The position numbers were made by a program, and so were the translations under genes. A model generated the notes under the pieces. That model had not been told where the DNA came from. It saw only the letters and a list, made by a program, of their open reading frames with translations, and made no database searches. Positions 28,564 through 39,255 of a stretch of 64,000 nucleotides of DNA are shown in pieces. The DNA comes from Candidatus Ozemobacteraceae bacterium. Its GTDB lineage: Bacteria > Muiribacteriota > Ozemobacteria > Ozemobacterales > Ozemobacteraceae. The stretch lies in assembly GCA_965140445.1 (NCBI GenBank), contig OZ223236.1, forward strand, positions 1,184,001-1,248,000, given 5' to 3'. Position 1 is the stretch's first letter, and every line of letters starts with the position of its first letter.

Positions 28564-29808
28564 GTGAATATTTTAATTTTAGGTTCTGGTGCCAGAGAGC
28601 ATTCTATTGCTTACTCGTTATCCAAATCTCCAACTGTACATAAGGTCTATGCCTGTCCCGGAAACGCCGGGATGAAGGAACTAAAGATCGTTTCTTTTCT
28701 GCCCTTTAAAGGTAACGTAGAACTGGTAAAGTTCTGCAAGGATAAAATTGATCTGGCGGTAGTTGGATCAACCCGATTCGTTCAGGAAGGAACGGTAGAT
28801 GCACTCAAGCTTGCCGGAATTCCGGTTGTTGGAGCGGCGGAAGACGCTGGGAAAATAGAGACAAGCAAAGCTTTTGCTGCGTCGTTCATTACCAGGCATA
28901 GCATTCCCTCGCCAATGACTCTTATTGCCGTGAATAAACACGAACTGGAAGCAATTATTCCAGATAATCCGTGGATAAAAGTTATCAAGAGTGATGGATA
29001 TTCAAAAGGAACTGGTGTTGCAATCGTTGATAACCCGGAAGATGCCTTAGATACAGCGATAAATTTCTTGAAAGTCCACGGGCCACCGGTTGTTTTGCAG
29101 GAAAAACTTCGTGGTGTTGAGTGCTCATACTCTATTTTGACTGACGGAAATCAATGGGTTTCGTTCAGTTCCTGTCGCGATTACAAAAGAGCTCACGAGG
29201 GCGACACCGGTCCTACAACAGGTGGACTTGGATCTGTAAGTCCTTCTCCTGATTTGACCCCAGAGCTTGAGCAAAAGATTATTGAGAAAATCGTTGAGCC
29301 TGTTGTTGCTGGTATGCGCGAAGATAATCTGCTTTATCACGGCTTTTTATCTATTCAACTTATGTTGACTAAGCATGGTCCTAGAGTTCTTGAGTTTAAT
29401 GCCCGTCTTGGTGACCCTGAAACTCAAAGTATTCTGACCAGATTCAGGGGCGATCTAGCTACTTTATTAAGTGACTGTGCTAAGGGATGTCTGACTTCTG
29501 TTGGTTCGGAAGTGGCCTTTGGGAAGCATTCAGCTGTTTCAGTTGTTCTCGCACGTGAAGGTTATCCTGAGTCTGAAGAAGCTGTTCCATCAATCAAGAA
29601 GCTCGATAAAATAACAGATTCCCATGTATTTTATTCAAAATGCGACGATAAAAATGGTGATCTTGAGTTTAATAGCGGTCGTTTGATGAGTGTTACCGCA
29701 TTAGGTGAAGATCTGGAAGAGGCTTATAAGAATTGTTATAACGATATTTCAAAGCTCGACCTCAAAAATGTTTCTTATCGAAAAGATATTGGAAAAGTCG
29801 AAAAATAA
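28564..29808 (+). CDS. purD: Phosphoribosylamine--glycine ligase (divergent)
   Basis: ILGSGAREH, CPGNAG, DYKRAHEGDTGPTTGGLG, LEFNARLGDPETQ, YRKDIG. Confidence 0.85.
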   Translation: MNILILGSGAREHSIAYSLSKSPTVHKVYACPGNAGMKELKIVSFLPFKGNVELVKFCKDKIDLAVVGSTRFVQEGTVDALKLAGIPVVGAAEDAGKIETSKAFAASFITRHSIPSPMTLIAVNKHELEAIIPDNPWIKVIKSDGYSKGTGVAIVDNPEDALDTAINFLKVHGPPVVLQEKLRGVECSYSILTDGNQWVSFSSCRDYKRAHEGDTGPTTGGLGSVSPSPDLTPELEQKIIEKIVEPVVAGMREDNLLYHGFLSIQLMLTKHGPRVLEFNARLGDPETQSILTRFRGDLATLLSDCAKGCLTSVGSEVAFGKHSAVSVVLAREGYPESEEAVPSIKKLDKITDSHVFYSKCDDKNGDLEFNSGRLMSVTALGEDLEEAYKNCYNDISKLDLKNVSYRKDIGKVEK

Positions 29809-29823
29809 GATTTTCTAAAATAG

Positions 29824-29862
29824 AAAATGGGCTGTCCAGCTTATAGTACAGCCCATTTTTTT
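29824..29862. terminator. Bidirectional terminator
   Basis: AAAATGGGCTGT/ACAGCCCATTTT between convergent genes. Confidence 0.75.
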
Positions 29863-29869
29863 ATTTATT

Positions 29870-30844
29870 TTACCAATCTAGAATGTAAGCAAAAATCAGT
29901 GGAGCAACGATTGTTGCATCCGATTCAACAATAAATTTTGGTGTGTTTATATCAAGTTTTCCCCAGGTGATTTTTTCATTGGGAACAGCTCCTGAATATG
30001 AACCATAACTTGTTGTAGAATCAGAAATCTGGCAGAAGTAACTCCAGAATGGAATGTTTTCCATTTCCATATCCTGATAAAGCATAGGAACAACACAAAT
30101 TGGGAAATCGCCAGCAATACCGCCGCCGATCTGGAAGAAGCCAACACCTTTGCCATCTGAATTCTTAACATACCAGTCGGCAAGCCATGTCATGTATTCA
30201 ATTCCAGATTTCATGGTTGATGGATTTAATTCTTTTTTGATGCAGTAAGAAGCAAAGATATTGCCCATTGTTGAATCTTCCCAGCCCGGGCAGATTATTG
30301 GGATGTTTTTCTGGGCTGCAGCCAGCATCCAGCTGTTTTTTGGATCTATTTCATAATACTGTTCAAGAACGCCTGAAAGAAGCATTTTATACATGTATTC
30401 ATGTGGAAAATATCTTTCGCCGGCAGCTTCGGCGTCTTTCCATATTTTTTCAATGTGGCTCTGTAGTCTTCTGAAAGCTTCTTCTTCTGGGATGCATGTA
30501 TCTGTAACCCTGTTAAGACCGCCTTCAAGAAGTTCCCATTCCTCTTGCGGAGTGAGATCTCTATAATTAGGCACTCTTTTGTAATGCTTGTGAGCGACCA
30601 GATTCATGATGTCTTCTTCAAGATTTGCACCAGTGCATGAAATGATAGCAATTTTGTCTTGTCTGATCATTTCTGCCAGTGAACGGCCAAGTTCAGCTGT
30701 ACTCATCGCGCCTGCAAGAGTAACCATCATCTTTCCGCCTTCCTGAAGGTGCTTTTTGTAGCCCTGCGCTGCGTCAACCAAAGCGGCTGAGTTAAAATGT
30801 CTATAATGCTCTTCAATGAAAGTAGAGATTGGTCTATTGGTCAT
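29870..30844 (-). CDS. Deoxyhypusine synthase-like protein
   Basis: TLAGAMSTAELG, TGANLEED, NRVTD, GSYSGAVPNEKITWGK, SDATIVAPL. Confidence 0.92.
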   Translation of the reverse strand: MTNRPISTFIEEHYRHFNSAALVDAAQGYKKHLQEGGKMMVTLAGAMSTAELGRSLAEMIRQDKIAIISCTGANLEEDIMNLVAHKHYKRVPNYRDLTPQEEWELLEGGLNRVTDTCIPEEEAFRRLQSHIEKIWKDAEAAGERYFPHEYMYKMLLSGVLEQYYEIDPKNSWMLAAAQKNIPIICPGWEDSTMGNIFASYCIKKELNPSTMKSGIEYMTWLADWYVKNSDGKGVGFFQIGGGIAGDFPICVVPMLYQDMEMENIPFWSYFCQISDSTTSYGSYSGAVPNEKITWGKLDINTPKFIVESDATIVAPLIFAYILDW

Positions 30845-30931
30845 ATGATTTTCTCCTGCTGTGAATCTAAAATCTAGCGAAAATTAGCTATGTACTAATG
30901 TTTTATACAATATTTTGCCATGCAATGGAAT

Positions 30932-30963
30932 AAAAAAAAGCCGGCCTAAGCCGGCTTTTTTTT
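30932..30963 (-). terminator. Rho-independent terminator
   Basis: A8-GCCGGC-ctaa-GCCGGC-T8. Confidence 0.8.
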
Positions 30964-30970
30964 AAGGCTA

Positions 30971-33226
30971 TTAGATCAATTTTTTGAAAATGGTGAATTT
31001 TGAGAGAAGCTTAAGAAGCCAGAAGTTTTTGCCAGGAAGATCGTCTGGGCCATAAACCGACTGAACTTCGCCATTGGCATCGATATCGATTTTGTAGAGT
31101 TTTGAGATTGAAACATCATGCATGATTCCTTCTCTTAACTCTTTTGCAAAACCATTATCTTTGATCGCGGCAACAACTTCAGAGTTGATTTGCTCACTCA
31201 TGTAATCAAGGTTGTATGTTCCAACAACGCCGATTTTTCTATCGAAAACCCATGTCTTGGCGTGAAGCTTTCCTTCACCATCGTATACGTATATTCTGGC
31301 AGTTGGGATTTCTTTGAGAACTCTTTTCCAATCGGCATAGAACATAGCCTGTGTTGCAAGACTGTCAGTCGAGAAAGGACTGTTGGTGTGCATTATTATC
31401 GGAATGCCTCTTGCCCCGGCTCTTTTAAGAGCTCCAAAAATTCTTTCTGTTAGAACAACGTAAGGATTCTGGATAACTACTTCTTTGCGGCAACCATCAA
31501 TGTATTTAACCATCTGATCAGTGATGTCATTTCTTGGACCACCGATAGAGTGTTTATCAATGATTTTTACTGGCGCATCATAAGAATTGGCAAATGGATC
31601 AAAGCCACTGAAATCCCTTAGATTTTTGTATTCAGCAAGTTCTGCATTCCATTTTTTTACTGCATTAGCAAATTTCTTGTTGCTACCTGATGGAGGAATA
31701 TAGGTTTCATTGATCAAATGAGCACCCATGGCTTCATAGGCTGCATTAAGATCATCGCTCATTACATCAATGTTTCCCCAGAGTTCTTTGGAAATCCCAA
31801 ATGTCTTGAGTTTTGTGAATTCTTCGTCAAAAGCAAATGAGAGCTGCTCAGCTATTGCGTGATCCTTAATTACCACATCACAATCTCTGTAAGCGCCAGG
31901 ATGGTCTGGTTTATCCAGATAATAATCTCTGGAAACGTTTCTTCCTCCGACTACGCTGTATTCTCCGTCAACTACGACGATTTTGTCATGGTTAGAAGCC
32001 ATTAACCTTCTAAGGTCTGTGATTGCAGTGAGAAGATTTGTGTGAACAGGGTTGAATACTTTTACTTCTACGTTTGGATATTCCATGAGTTCCTGGAGAT
32101 AATCCTGCCCGAGAAGTTTTCTGGTGAGGTTCTTAGTTCCGCGTGCATCCATCATTAGACGAATCTTAAGGCCCTGCTGAGCTTTTTTCAGAAGCATTCC
32201 AAGCATTGACATCCCGAATGCATCCTTATCAACGATGAAATACTGTATATCAATTGAATGTCTGGCATCTTCAAGAATTCTCCATCTTGAATACCAGGCT
32301 TTGGAATTCTGATAATGAAGGCTAACTTCACTTGTATCAGAACCATTGGAGTATGAAGTTACAAATTTGTCGAAAGTAATTTCAACTGGTGGAGCAAATC
32401 TTGAGCCCATATCTTCATACCAGATCTGGAACTTTTCAAAATCACCCTGTGTATTGTTGAACTTAAACAGTTTGCTTGCATAGCCAACCCATCTGGTAAC
32501 TTTTACCGGGAAAGCAAGCCATGAAGTGTTTCTGTATTTTGAATAGCTTTCTTGAGATGTGTTATAAGTGCCGTTTAAAGCATTTTTCCATTGTTTGTGT
32601 TTTTTGCCTGCTTCAAGATATTTGATGCGTTCTTTGGCAGCGATTGCTATTTTGCTGTTTGGATTCTTTGCTCCAATTGTGGAGAGAACTTTTTCAGCAG
32701 TCTCGACATCATCTTTAAGTAATTCATGCGCTTTAGCTAACTCGTATTTTGCAAGGTCTGCAAATTTTGAATCAGGGTTTTCATCAATATACTTTGCAAG
32801 CAATTTCATTGCTGAATCTGGACTTTTGCGGTTCTTATCGGACCATACTGCCTGAAGAATTTTCTTAAGCTGATCAGGAAGCTGGATTTTTTTTACAACT
32901 TTCTTGGTTTGGCCTTCACCAGTTGATGTTGCCTGAGCTTCGCCATTGTAAGATTCTTCTGCTGAATTTGTATCAATATCTGAAGTATCAACATTTTCAG
33001 TTGGTTTGCTCAGATTACCTTCATAAACAGCTTTTGCTGCTTTGAATTCAGCCAGTAGTCCTTCAAGCTGTGCTTGAGGAACTTTTTCTATTACGGCATT
33101 CCTGTATGCGTTGTAGGCAGCTACGTATGCATCATAGTCTGATCTAACGTCTGCGTGAAGGATAGATCCCCCAAGCACCAGCATAAGGAAGGACGCGATT
33201 ACAATAAGTCTTCTTAGATTATTCAT
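30971..33226 (-). CDS. Secreted phospholipase D / cardiolipin-synthase superfamily protein with N-terminal helical/TPR region
   Basis: Two HKD motifs (HDKIVVVD, HAKTWVFD); GGRN; GTYNLD; signal peptide. Confidence 0.9.
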   Translation of the reverse strand: MNNLRRLIVIASFLMLVLGGSILHADVRSDYDAYVAAYNAYRNAVIEKVPQAQLEGLLAEFKAAKAVYEGNLSKPTENVDTSDIDTNSAEESYNGEAQATSTGEGQTKKVVKKIQLPDQLKKILQAVWSDKNRKSPDSAMKLLAKYIDENPDSKFADLAKYELAKAHELLKDDVETAEKVLSTIGAKNPNSKIAIAAKERIKYLEAGKKHKQWKNALNGTYNTSQESYSKYRNTSWLAFPVKVTRWVGYASKLFKFNNTQGDFEKFQIWYEDMGSRFAPPVEITFDKFVTSYSNGSDTSEVSLHYQNSKAWYSRWRILEDARHSIDIQYFIVDKDAFGMSMLGMLLKKAQQGLKIRLMMDARGTKNLTRKLLGQDYLQELMEYPNVEVKVFNPVHTNLLTAITDLRRLMASNHDKIVVVDGEYSVVGGRNVSRDYYLDKPDHPGAYRDCDVVIKDHAIAEQLSFAFDEEFTKLKTFGISKELWGNIDVMSDDLNAAYEAMGAHLINETYIPPSGSNKKFANAVKKWNAELAEYKNLRDFSGFDPFANSYDAPVKIIDKHSIGGPRNDITDQMVKYIDGCRKEVVIQNPYVVLTERIFGALKRAGARGIPIIMHTNSPFSTDSLATQAMFYADWKRVLKEIPTARIYVYDGEGKLHAKTWVFDRKIGVVGTYNLDYMSEQINSEVVAAIKDNGFAKELREGIMHDVSISKLYKIDIDANGEVQSVYGPDDLPGKNFWLLKLLSKFTIFKKLI

Positions 33227-33278
33227 CTAACCCGCCTCCGATAAAATATTATTGGTTAATTATAATAAATTTATGATC

Positions 33279-33306
33279 AAATCGGAAGGGTACAGAAAAA
33301 AACTTA
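33279..33306 (-). promoter_or_regulatory. sigma28-like promoter candidate
   Basis: TAAGTTTT-N12-TCCGATTT upstream of the PLD gene. Confidence 0.4.
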
Positions 33307-33858
33307 TTAATCTGCTTCAGAAACTTTTTTAATGGGCTTTTTTTCCAGCGTTATTCTTACGATGAAAACTAATACAGCTGATATCAAAGGAAGAAGGAAA
33401 AAGCGCAATACAAAAGGACCCTGGTAGAAAAATGTGGTGATTCTTCCAGGGGCTTTTTGGGTCAATCTTAATTTATATGTTCCATGACCTGCGGGAGGAG
33501 CATACTTGGTGAACCACTTTCCCGGGTTTGGAACAATTCCATTGGAGTATTTTTTTATGTCAAAAACGTCTTTGGTAATAACATCGCCTTTTGGTGTTAT
33601 TACTTCAAGTTCACCTTTTACATCCACATCTTTTGCCGCAATATCAATTTGAATAGGGTCTACTCCCATTGCATCAAATTCTATCTCTGTGGTTGCCGGA
33701 AAAGCATAATTTTCTTTTTGTTCCACTCCAATCACTCCACTTCCGAGTGGATACTGGAAGTATGCTGGATCAACAATAAGGGCACAGATGCCCAGTGCAA
33801 CTGACACTACTAAGGTTAGTTTCAGATTGGTTCCCCATTTGGTTCCCTGTCCGGACAT
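33307..33858 (-). CDS. Hypothetical membrane protein (2 TM helices)
   Basis: N- and C-terminal hydrophobic helices; directly downstream of clpB. Confidence 0.7.
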   Translation of the reverse strand: MSGQGTKWGTNLKLTLVVSVALGICALIVDPAYFQYPLGSGVIGVEQKENYAFPATTEIEFDAMGVDPIQIDIAAKDVDVKGELEVITPKGDVITKDVFDIKKYSNGIVPNPGKWFTKYAPPAGHGTYKLRLTQKAPGRITTFFYQGPFVLRFFLLPLISAVLVFIVRITLEKKPIKKVSEAD

Positions 33859-33880
33859 TCTGTACCCCCATGAATTCGAT

Positions 33881-36481
33881 TTATTTTATTGTTGGTCGAT
33901 CGTTCTCTATATCAACCTGAATAGTTTGATCGTCTTTGATTTCGTTGGATATTATAGCTCTTGCGATAAGAGTTTCAAGTTCTTTTTGAAGAAGTCGTTT
34001 GAGTGGCCTTGCGCCATATACAGGACTATAGCCTTTTTCAATCATCCAATGTCTTGCGGAATCAGATAGAGTAATGTTTACATTTCGATCTGCCAGGCGT
34101 TTTTCAATGTCGGAAATTTGAATATCCATGATTTTTTCCAACTCCGATTTTTGCAAAGGCGCAAACAGGACAATATCGTCAACACGGTTATAAAATTCAG
34201 GCTTAAAGAAAAGTTTTACTTCCTTGAGAATTTTTTGTCTTGTATCTTCATCAATTTCACCCGAATCGCCAATATCAGATATGAGAGTTTGGGCTCCAAT
34301 ATTGCTGGTCATAATTACAACAACATTTTTAAAGTCTACAGTTCTGCCTCTTGAGTCGGTCAATCTACCATCGTCAAGAATCTGAAGCAGAACGTTAAAA
34401 ACTTCTGGATGAGCTTTTTCTATTTCATCAAACAATAAAACTGAATATGGTTTTCTACGAATGGCTTCGGTTAGCTGACCACCGACATCATGTCCAATGT
34501 ATCCTGGAGGCGCTCCAATCAAACGAGATACGGAGTGCTTTTCCATGTATTCACTCATGTCTATTCTAACAATGTTGTCTTCTGAATCAAATAAAGATTG
34601 TGCAAGGGCTTTTGCAAGTTCTGTTTTTCCCACGCCGGTTGGGCCTAGAAAGATAAATGAACCGATTGGTTTCTGCGGGTCTTTAATGCCGGCTCTGGAT
34701 CTGATTACGGCATCTGTAACCTTTTGAACCGCTTCATCTTGCCCAATAACCCTCTGATGAAGGTGATTGTTCAGCTGGAGTAGCTTTTCCCTTTCTCCTT
34801 CAATCAATTTTGTTACGGGAATTCCTGTCCATCTGCTTACAATGTCTGCAACTTCTTCTTCTGTTACTACTTCGCGGACAAGCTTTCCGGTGCTTTGCTT
34901 CTGTTCAAGTTCCTTTTCCAGGTTTTCAAGGTCTTTAATGGCATTTGGCAACTGACCATGTTTTAATTCGGCAGCTAGATTCAGGTCATAATCGCGCTCT
35001 GCTTTTTGGATATCGGTGTGAAGTTTTTCAATAAGTTCGCGTTGTGACTGAACTCTTTTAATTACTTCACGCTCATTTTCCCACTGAGCCTTCATTGAAT
35101 CGCCTTCCTGACGCAAATCAGCCAGCTCTTTGCGCAATGCTTCAAGACGTTTTTTGCTGTGATCGTCGCTTTCTTTAACCAGAGCGGCTTCTTCGATTTC
35201 AAGTTGCATTATTCTTCTGGTTACTTTATCCAGGTCGGTAGGCATTGATTCAATATCTGTCCTGATCATGGCGCAAGCTTCGTCAATAAGGTCAATCGCT
35301 TTATCAGGTAGAAATCTGTCAGCAATATATCTATGGGAAAGGGTGCTGGCGGCAACCAGCGCTCTATCGTGAATTTTTACCCCATGAAAGACCTCAAATC
35401 TTTCCTTTAAGCCACGAAGAATTGATATTGTGTCAGCCATGTCGGGCTGATCTACCAATACAGGTTGGAAACGTCTTTCCAAGGCTGCATCTTTTTCAAT
35501 GTATTTGCGGTATTCATCAAGAGTAGTTGCGCCAATACAATGGAGTTCGCCTCTTGCCAGCATTGGCTTGAGCATATTACCTGCATCCATGGAGCCTTCT
35601 GTTTTTCCGGCACCAACGATTGTGTGAAGCTCATCAATAAATAGAATGATTCTACCATCAGAGCTTTTTATTTCAGCAAGAACGGCTTTCAAGCGTTCTT
35701 CAAATTCACCGCGAAACTTTGCCCCGGCAATTAGCGCACCCATATCAAGAGCAAAGACCGTTTTGTCGCGCAAACTTTCGGGAACGTCTCCTGCTAGAAT
35801 TCTCTGCGCTAATCCTTCTGCTATAGCTGTTTTACCAACACCAGGCTCACCAATCAAAACTGGATTGTTTTTGGTTTTTCGCGACAAAATACGAACAACT
35901 CGGCGAATTTCCGAATCCCTGCCAATAACCGGGTCCATTTTCCCTGTACTGGCAAGTTTTACCAGATCGCGGCCGTATTTTTCCAGAGCTTCATAGGTTT
36001 GCTCAGGATTTGCTGATGTTACCCTCTGGTTTCCGCGCACTGCGGTAAGGGCGAGCAGGAATTGGTCCTTTGTAATGCTAAGTTCATTGAAAATTTTACC
36101 AACAGGCTCTTGTGCGCCGGCGGCAATCATAGCGAGAATAAAATGTTCTACCGACAAGTATTCGTCTTTAAGCTGCTTCATTTCGGCTTCTGCCTGAAGC
36201 ATTATTTTAGACAGCTTATGACTTACATAAAATTTATCGGGAGTCATCCCCGGCCCACTGATTCTCGGAAGCTTTGCTATTGCCTCTTCGACTCTAAGTT
36301 TAAACGATGGAAGAGGAATATTTATTTTGTTAAGCAACCTTGGTACAAGGTCATTTTCTTCTGAGACAAGTGCCAAAAGGAGGTGCTCCGGGTTAATTTC
36401 CTGATGGCCGTATTGGATTGCCAGATTTTGTGCTTTTTGTAAGGCTTCTTGTGACTTTTGTGTAAATTTATTTAAATCCAT
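33881..36481 (-). CDS. clpB: ATP-dependent chaperone ClpB
   Basis: Two AAA+ modules ([20 protein letters not shown]), middle coiled-coil domain, [30 protein letters not shown]. Confidence 0.97.
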   Translation of the reverse strand: MDLNKFTQKSQEALQKAQNLAIQYGHQEINPEHLLLALVSEENDLVPRLLNKINIPLPSFKLRVEEAIAKLPRISGPGMTPDKFYVSHKLSKIMLQAEAEMKQLKDEYLSVEHFILAMIAAGAQEPVGKIFNELSITKDQFLLALTAVRGNQRVTSANPEQTYEALEKYGRDLVKLASTGKMDPVIGRDSEIRRVVRILSRKTKNNPVLIGEPGVGKTAIAEGLAQRILAGDVPESLRDKTVFALDMGALIAGAKFRGEFEERLKAVLAEIKSSDGRIILFIDELHTIVGAGKTEGSMDAGNMLKPMLARGELHCIGATTLDEYRKYIEKDAALERRFQPVLVDQPDMADTISILRGLKERFEVFHGVKIHDRALVAASTLSHRYIADRFLPDKAIDLIDEACAMIRTDIESMPTDLDKVTRRIMQLEIEEAALVKESDDHSKKRLEALRKELADLRQEGDSMKAQWENEREVIKRVQSQRELIEKLHTDIQKAERDYDLNLAAELKHGQLPNAIKDLENLEKELEQKQSTGKLVREVVTEEEVADIVSRWTGIPVTKLIEGEREKLLQLNNHLHQRVIGQDEAVQKVTDAVIRSRAGIKDPQKPIGSFIFLGPTGVGKTELAKALAQSLFDSEDNIVRIDMSEYMEKHSVSRLIGAPPGYIGHDVGGQLTEAIRRKPYSVLLFDEIEKAHPEVFNVLLQILDDGRLTDSRGRTVDFKNVVVIMTSNIGAQTLISDIGDSGEIDEDTRQKILKEVKLFFKPEFYNRVDDIVLFAPLQKSELEKIMDIQISDIEKRLADRNVNITLSDSARHWMIEKGYSPVYGARPLKRLLQKELETLIARAIISNEIKDDQTIQVDIENDRPTIK

Positions 36482-36528
36482 ATTCGTAACCTCTTTTCGT
36501 TCAAACTCTCAATTGCATATTATAACAT

Positions 36529-36545
36529 TGCAATATGCATGCCAG
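36529..36545 (-). promoter_or_regulatory. sigma54 (-24/-12) promoter of clpB
   Basis: CTGGCATGCATATTGCA matches YTGGCACG-N4-TTGCW with exact GG-N10-GC spacing. Confidence 0.7.
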
Positions 36546-36819
36546 ACAGCCAGAATGTTTTTGAAACAGCTCGCAGACAGCGATTCCAGGAAAGCAATCG
36601 AGTAAGAAAGGTTTTCAAAAATTGAATGCTACGTCGCATTTCATTTCTTTGCGACAGCCTTGGCAAATATAGCACCTGATGATTCTGTTTGCGGTCTAAA
36701 TTTCAACTTACACGCAAGTTTTAACGGATAAAAAGTTACAGTTTTCCTTGTGAAAAGTAACTAAATCTGGATTAAATGATGTACTGTTTTATTGGAATTG
36801 TCTGCTTAAAGGAGTGGAA

Positions 36820-37389
36820 ATGCTAAAAAGAATATGTGTTTATTGTGGTTCCAGCTCTGGAGCTCGTTCTGAGTATATTGAATATGCTACAAAGCTTGGT
36901 AAATTGTTAGCCGAAAAAGACATTGAACTTGTATATGGTGGGGCAGAAGTTGGATTGATGGGCGCTGTTGCGTCTTCTGTGATGAATAACGGGGGAAAAG
37001 TAATTGGCATAATCCCGGAGTCATTTGCTGATAAAGTCGGAAAAAATAATCTAACTGAATTTCATGTGGTTCCTAGTATGCACGAGCGCAAGAAAATGAT
37101 GTTTGATTTGTCCGATGGTTTTATTGCGTTGCCGGGCGGTTTTGGAACCCTGGAAGAAGTTTTTGAAATTCTTACCTGGGCCCAATTGGGATTTCATGCC
37201 AAGCCATGCGGGGTAGTAAATGTTTGTGGGTTTTATGAAAAGTTATTTGATTTTCTTGATCATGCCGTTGAGCAGTCATTTATTAAGAAAAATCACCGCG
37301 AAACCCTTTTGGTAAGCGATGATCTGAACGATCTTTTAGACCAATTTGAAAGATACGATGCACCAATTGTCGGGAAATGGGATGAATAA
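36820..37389 (+). CDS. LOG family nucleoside 5'-monophosphate phosphoribohydrolase (TIGR00730)
   Basis: ICVYCGSS, VYGG..GLMG, MHERK, PGGFGTLEE. Confidence 0.93.
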   Translation: MLKRICVYCGSSSGARSEYIEYATKLGKLLAEKDIELVYGGAEVGLMGAVASSVMNNGGKVIGIIPESFADKVGKNNLTEFHVVPSMHERKKMMFDLSDGFIALPGGFGTLEEVFEILTWAQLGFHAKPCGVVNVCGFYEKLFDFLDHAVEQSFIKKNHRETLLVSDDLNDLLDQFERYDAPIVGKWDE

Positions 37390-37406
37390 AGCTGGATCTT
37401 TAAACT

Positions 37407-37808
37407 CTATTCGGATTTTTTGGCAAAGACAAGGATGTGTCCATCAAAATCCATTGAGTAAGCAGCAGAATCTCCCCAGCCTCTGGCTTTAAGTGGGCTA
37501 AGCTCTTTTGCACCAAAGCTTATAGCTCGATTGTGATACTTATCTGGATTATCGACGGTAAGATACAGTTCTGCACGAGGAATAGGTCTATCACTGCAAG
37601 GGTCGGGAAGCACATCTCCCAGAAGGCTTTTTATGCCTTTTTCTGGCATTAATCCTAATGTTGTTCTATCTGCTAATTTGAATTCAGTCATACCCGGGAC
37701 ATTCAGTGCTGGCTCTATTTCAAGAACGCTCTGGTAGAAGGCGGTGCTTTTTTCCTGGTTAGAAACATATAAGATAATATTAGTCGCTGAAATCATGGAT
37801 GTCTCCAA
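37407..37808 (-). CDS. VOC/glyoxalase family protein
   Basis: ILYVSNQEKSTAFY, WGDSAAYSMDFDGH. Confidence 0.85.
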   Translation of the reverse strand: METSMISATNIILYVSNQEKSTAFYQSVLEIEPALNVPGMTEFKLADRTTLGLMPEKGIKSLLGDVLPDPCSDRPIPRAELYLTVDNPDKYHNRAISFGAKELSPLKARGWGDSAAYSMDFDGHILVFAKKSE

Positions 37809-37827
37809 TGTAGTTATCTTTACAAAT

Positions 37828-38859
37828 TTAAGCTATTGATTTTGTAGTTTTCAGCAAGCTGTAGTAGCCAAAACCCATAATGGTTTCTGGAGTGGAGAAT
37901 CCTGCTTCAACGAGAAGCTCGGTCAATTCATTTAAGGTAAATTGTTTAGACTGATGGTTTGCATACATTAACAGATCGTAAGCAACGGTATGTTTTGGAC
38001 TAAGCTTATTTTCATCTAGAAGGCACTCAAATATAAACAGCTCAGCATTTGATGGCATATTTTCTTTAAAGTTTTGCAAAATTTTTAAGGATTTTTGCAT
38101 TGGCCAGTCATGTAAAACATTGCTTAGAAAAAATGCATCAGCTTCAATTGAAATGGGATCAACAAACCAGTTTCCACCGTGAAAATTTATGGAATCTGGA
38201 TCAACATAGCGCGAAACAATTTTTTTAGCTGATTCGCAAACTTGAGGAAGCTCAAACAAAGTAAGCTTCTTGCCTGGATAAAGCTGTCTTAAGGCTGAAA
38301 GCAATACCCCTGATCCGCCACCAACATCTACAACGTGATCAAATTGCTCAAAAACCCCGCTTTTTACAACTCCTATGCAAGGCCCAGATATGTTTGTATG
38401 CATCATTCCTGTGAATCTCTCAGCAGCCTGTTGAGAAAGAGTTCCTTCTTCCCACATTGCGGTAAAAGGTTTTCCATCAGCCCCAATTGGAGACCATCCC
38501 TCTTTTATGGTCCCGAGAATTTTTTCGTGCCAAAACTCTTTCCTGCTGGAGAATTGAAATCCTCTGTAAATAGGAGAACTACGGACAAAATAGGCTTTGA
38601 CAAAATCTTCCAAAAAGTAGAGATCGTTTGAAAAATTCAAATAACCGTATGCGGTTAAAACTCTTATTATACAATCTATTGCTTCCTCGTTTGCATTTAA
38701 GGAGCGAGCTATGCTTTCAGTTGTATTCCCGTTATCTGAAAAACTTGAAAATATCCCGACTTCATCTGCGACGGTTACGCATGCCTTAGCAACAGATGCC
38801 ATAAATAAATCACAAACCTTGTTATCTTCCGGGACAGCAAAATTAAGCAAGTTTTTCAT
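37828..38859 (-). CDS. SAM-dependent O-methyltransferase (Methyltransf_2 type, with dimerisation domain)
   Basis: VVDVGGGSG, FELP, GNWF, SNVLHDW; start MKNLLNF with GGAG RBS. Confidence 0.88.
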   Translation of the reverse strand: MKNLLNFAVPEDNKVCDLFMASVAKACVTVADEVGIFSSFSDNGNTTESIARSLNANEEAIDCIIRVLTAYGYLNFSNDLYFLEDFVKAYFVRSSPIYRGFQFSSRKEFWHEKILGTIKEGWSPIGADGKPFTAMWEEGTLSQQAAERFTGMMHTNISGPCIGVVKSGVFEQFDHVVDVGGGSGVLLSALRQLYPGKKLTLFELPQVCESAKKIVSRYVDPDSINFHGGNWFVDPISIEADAFFLSNVLHDWPMQKSLKILQNFKENMPSNAELFIFECLLDENKLSPKHTVAYDLLMYANHQSKQFTLNELTELLVEAGFSTPETIMGFGYYSLLKTTKSIA

Positions 38860-39111
38860 TTGGTCTCCTATGTTCGATTTTAGCTTTTTTACGTTTCGAT
38901 CATCAGAAAGTAACAAATTACCAATCTGAATCCGCAATTTTGATTTTGAAACAAATCAAAATTATTTAATCTTTTTATGTAAGTATACAGTTCCAGAGCC
39001 TGTTTGGATATAAAATGTCTAGGTGTGAATTCCTGTATCACAATCGCTTAAAGCTTTTGAATATGGTTTTTATTTTATGCGAAAGTTTCGCGGGAACCTT
39101 ATAAATTTTTG

Positions 39112-39129
39112 TTGTGAAAAAGTTCACGA
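39112..39129. promoter_or_regulatory. Rex-type (or CRP-type) operator upstream of the acl operon
   Basis: TTGTGAA-AAAG-TTCACGA versus Rex consensus TTGTGAA-N4-TTCACAA. Confidence 0.55.
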
Positions 39130-39255
39130 TAAAGGTGGATTGGACAAAATTTGGATATTTTTTCTGAAATTGCAAATTAAACTTGACTTAAAATTTTAAA
39201 CAAAGCTATACCAATACTATCTCAAGCCTAAACCTACTACATCAGGAGAGAAAAA

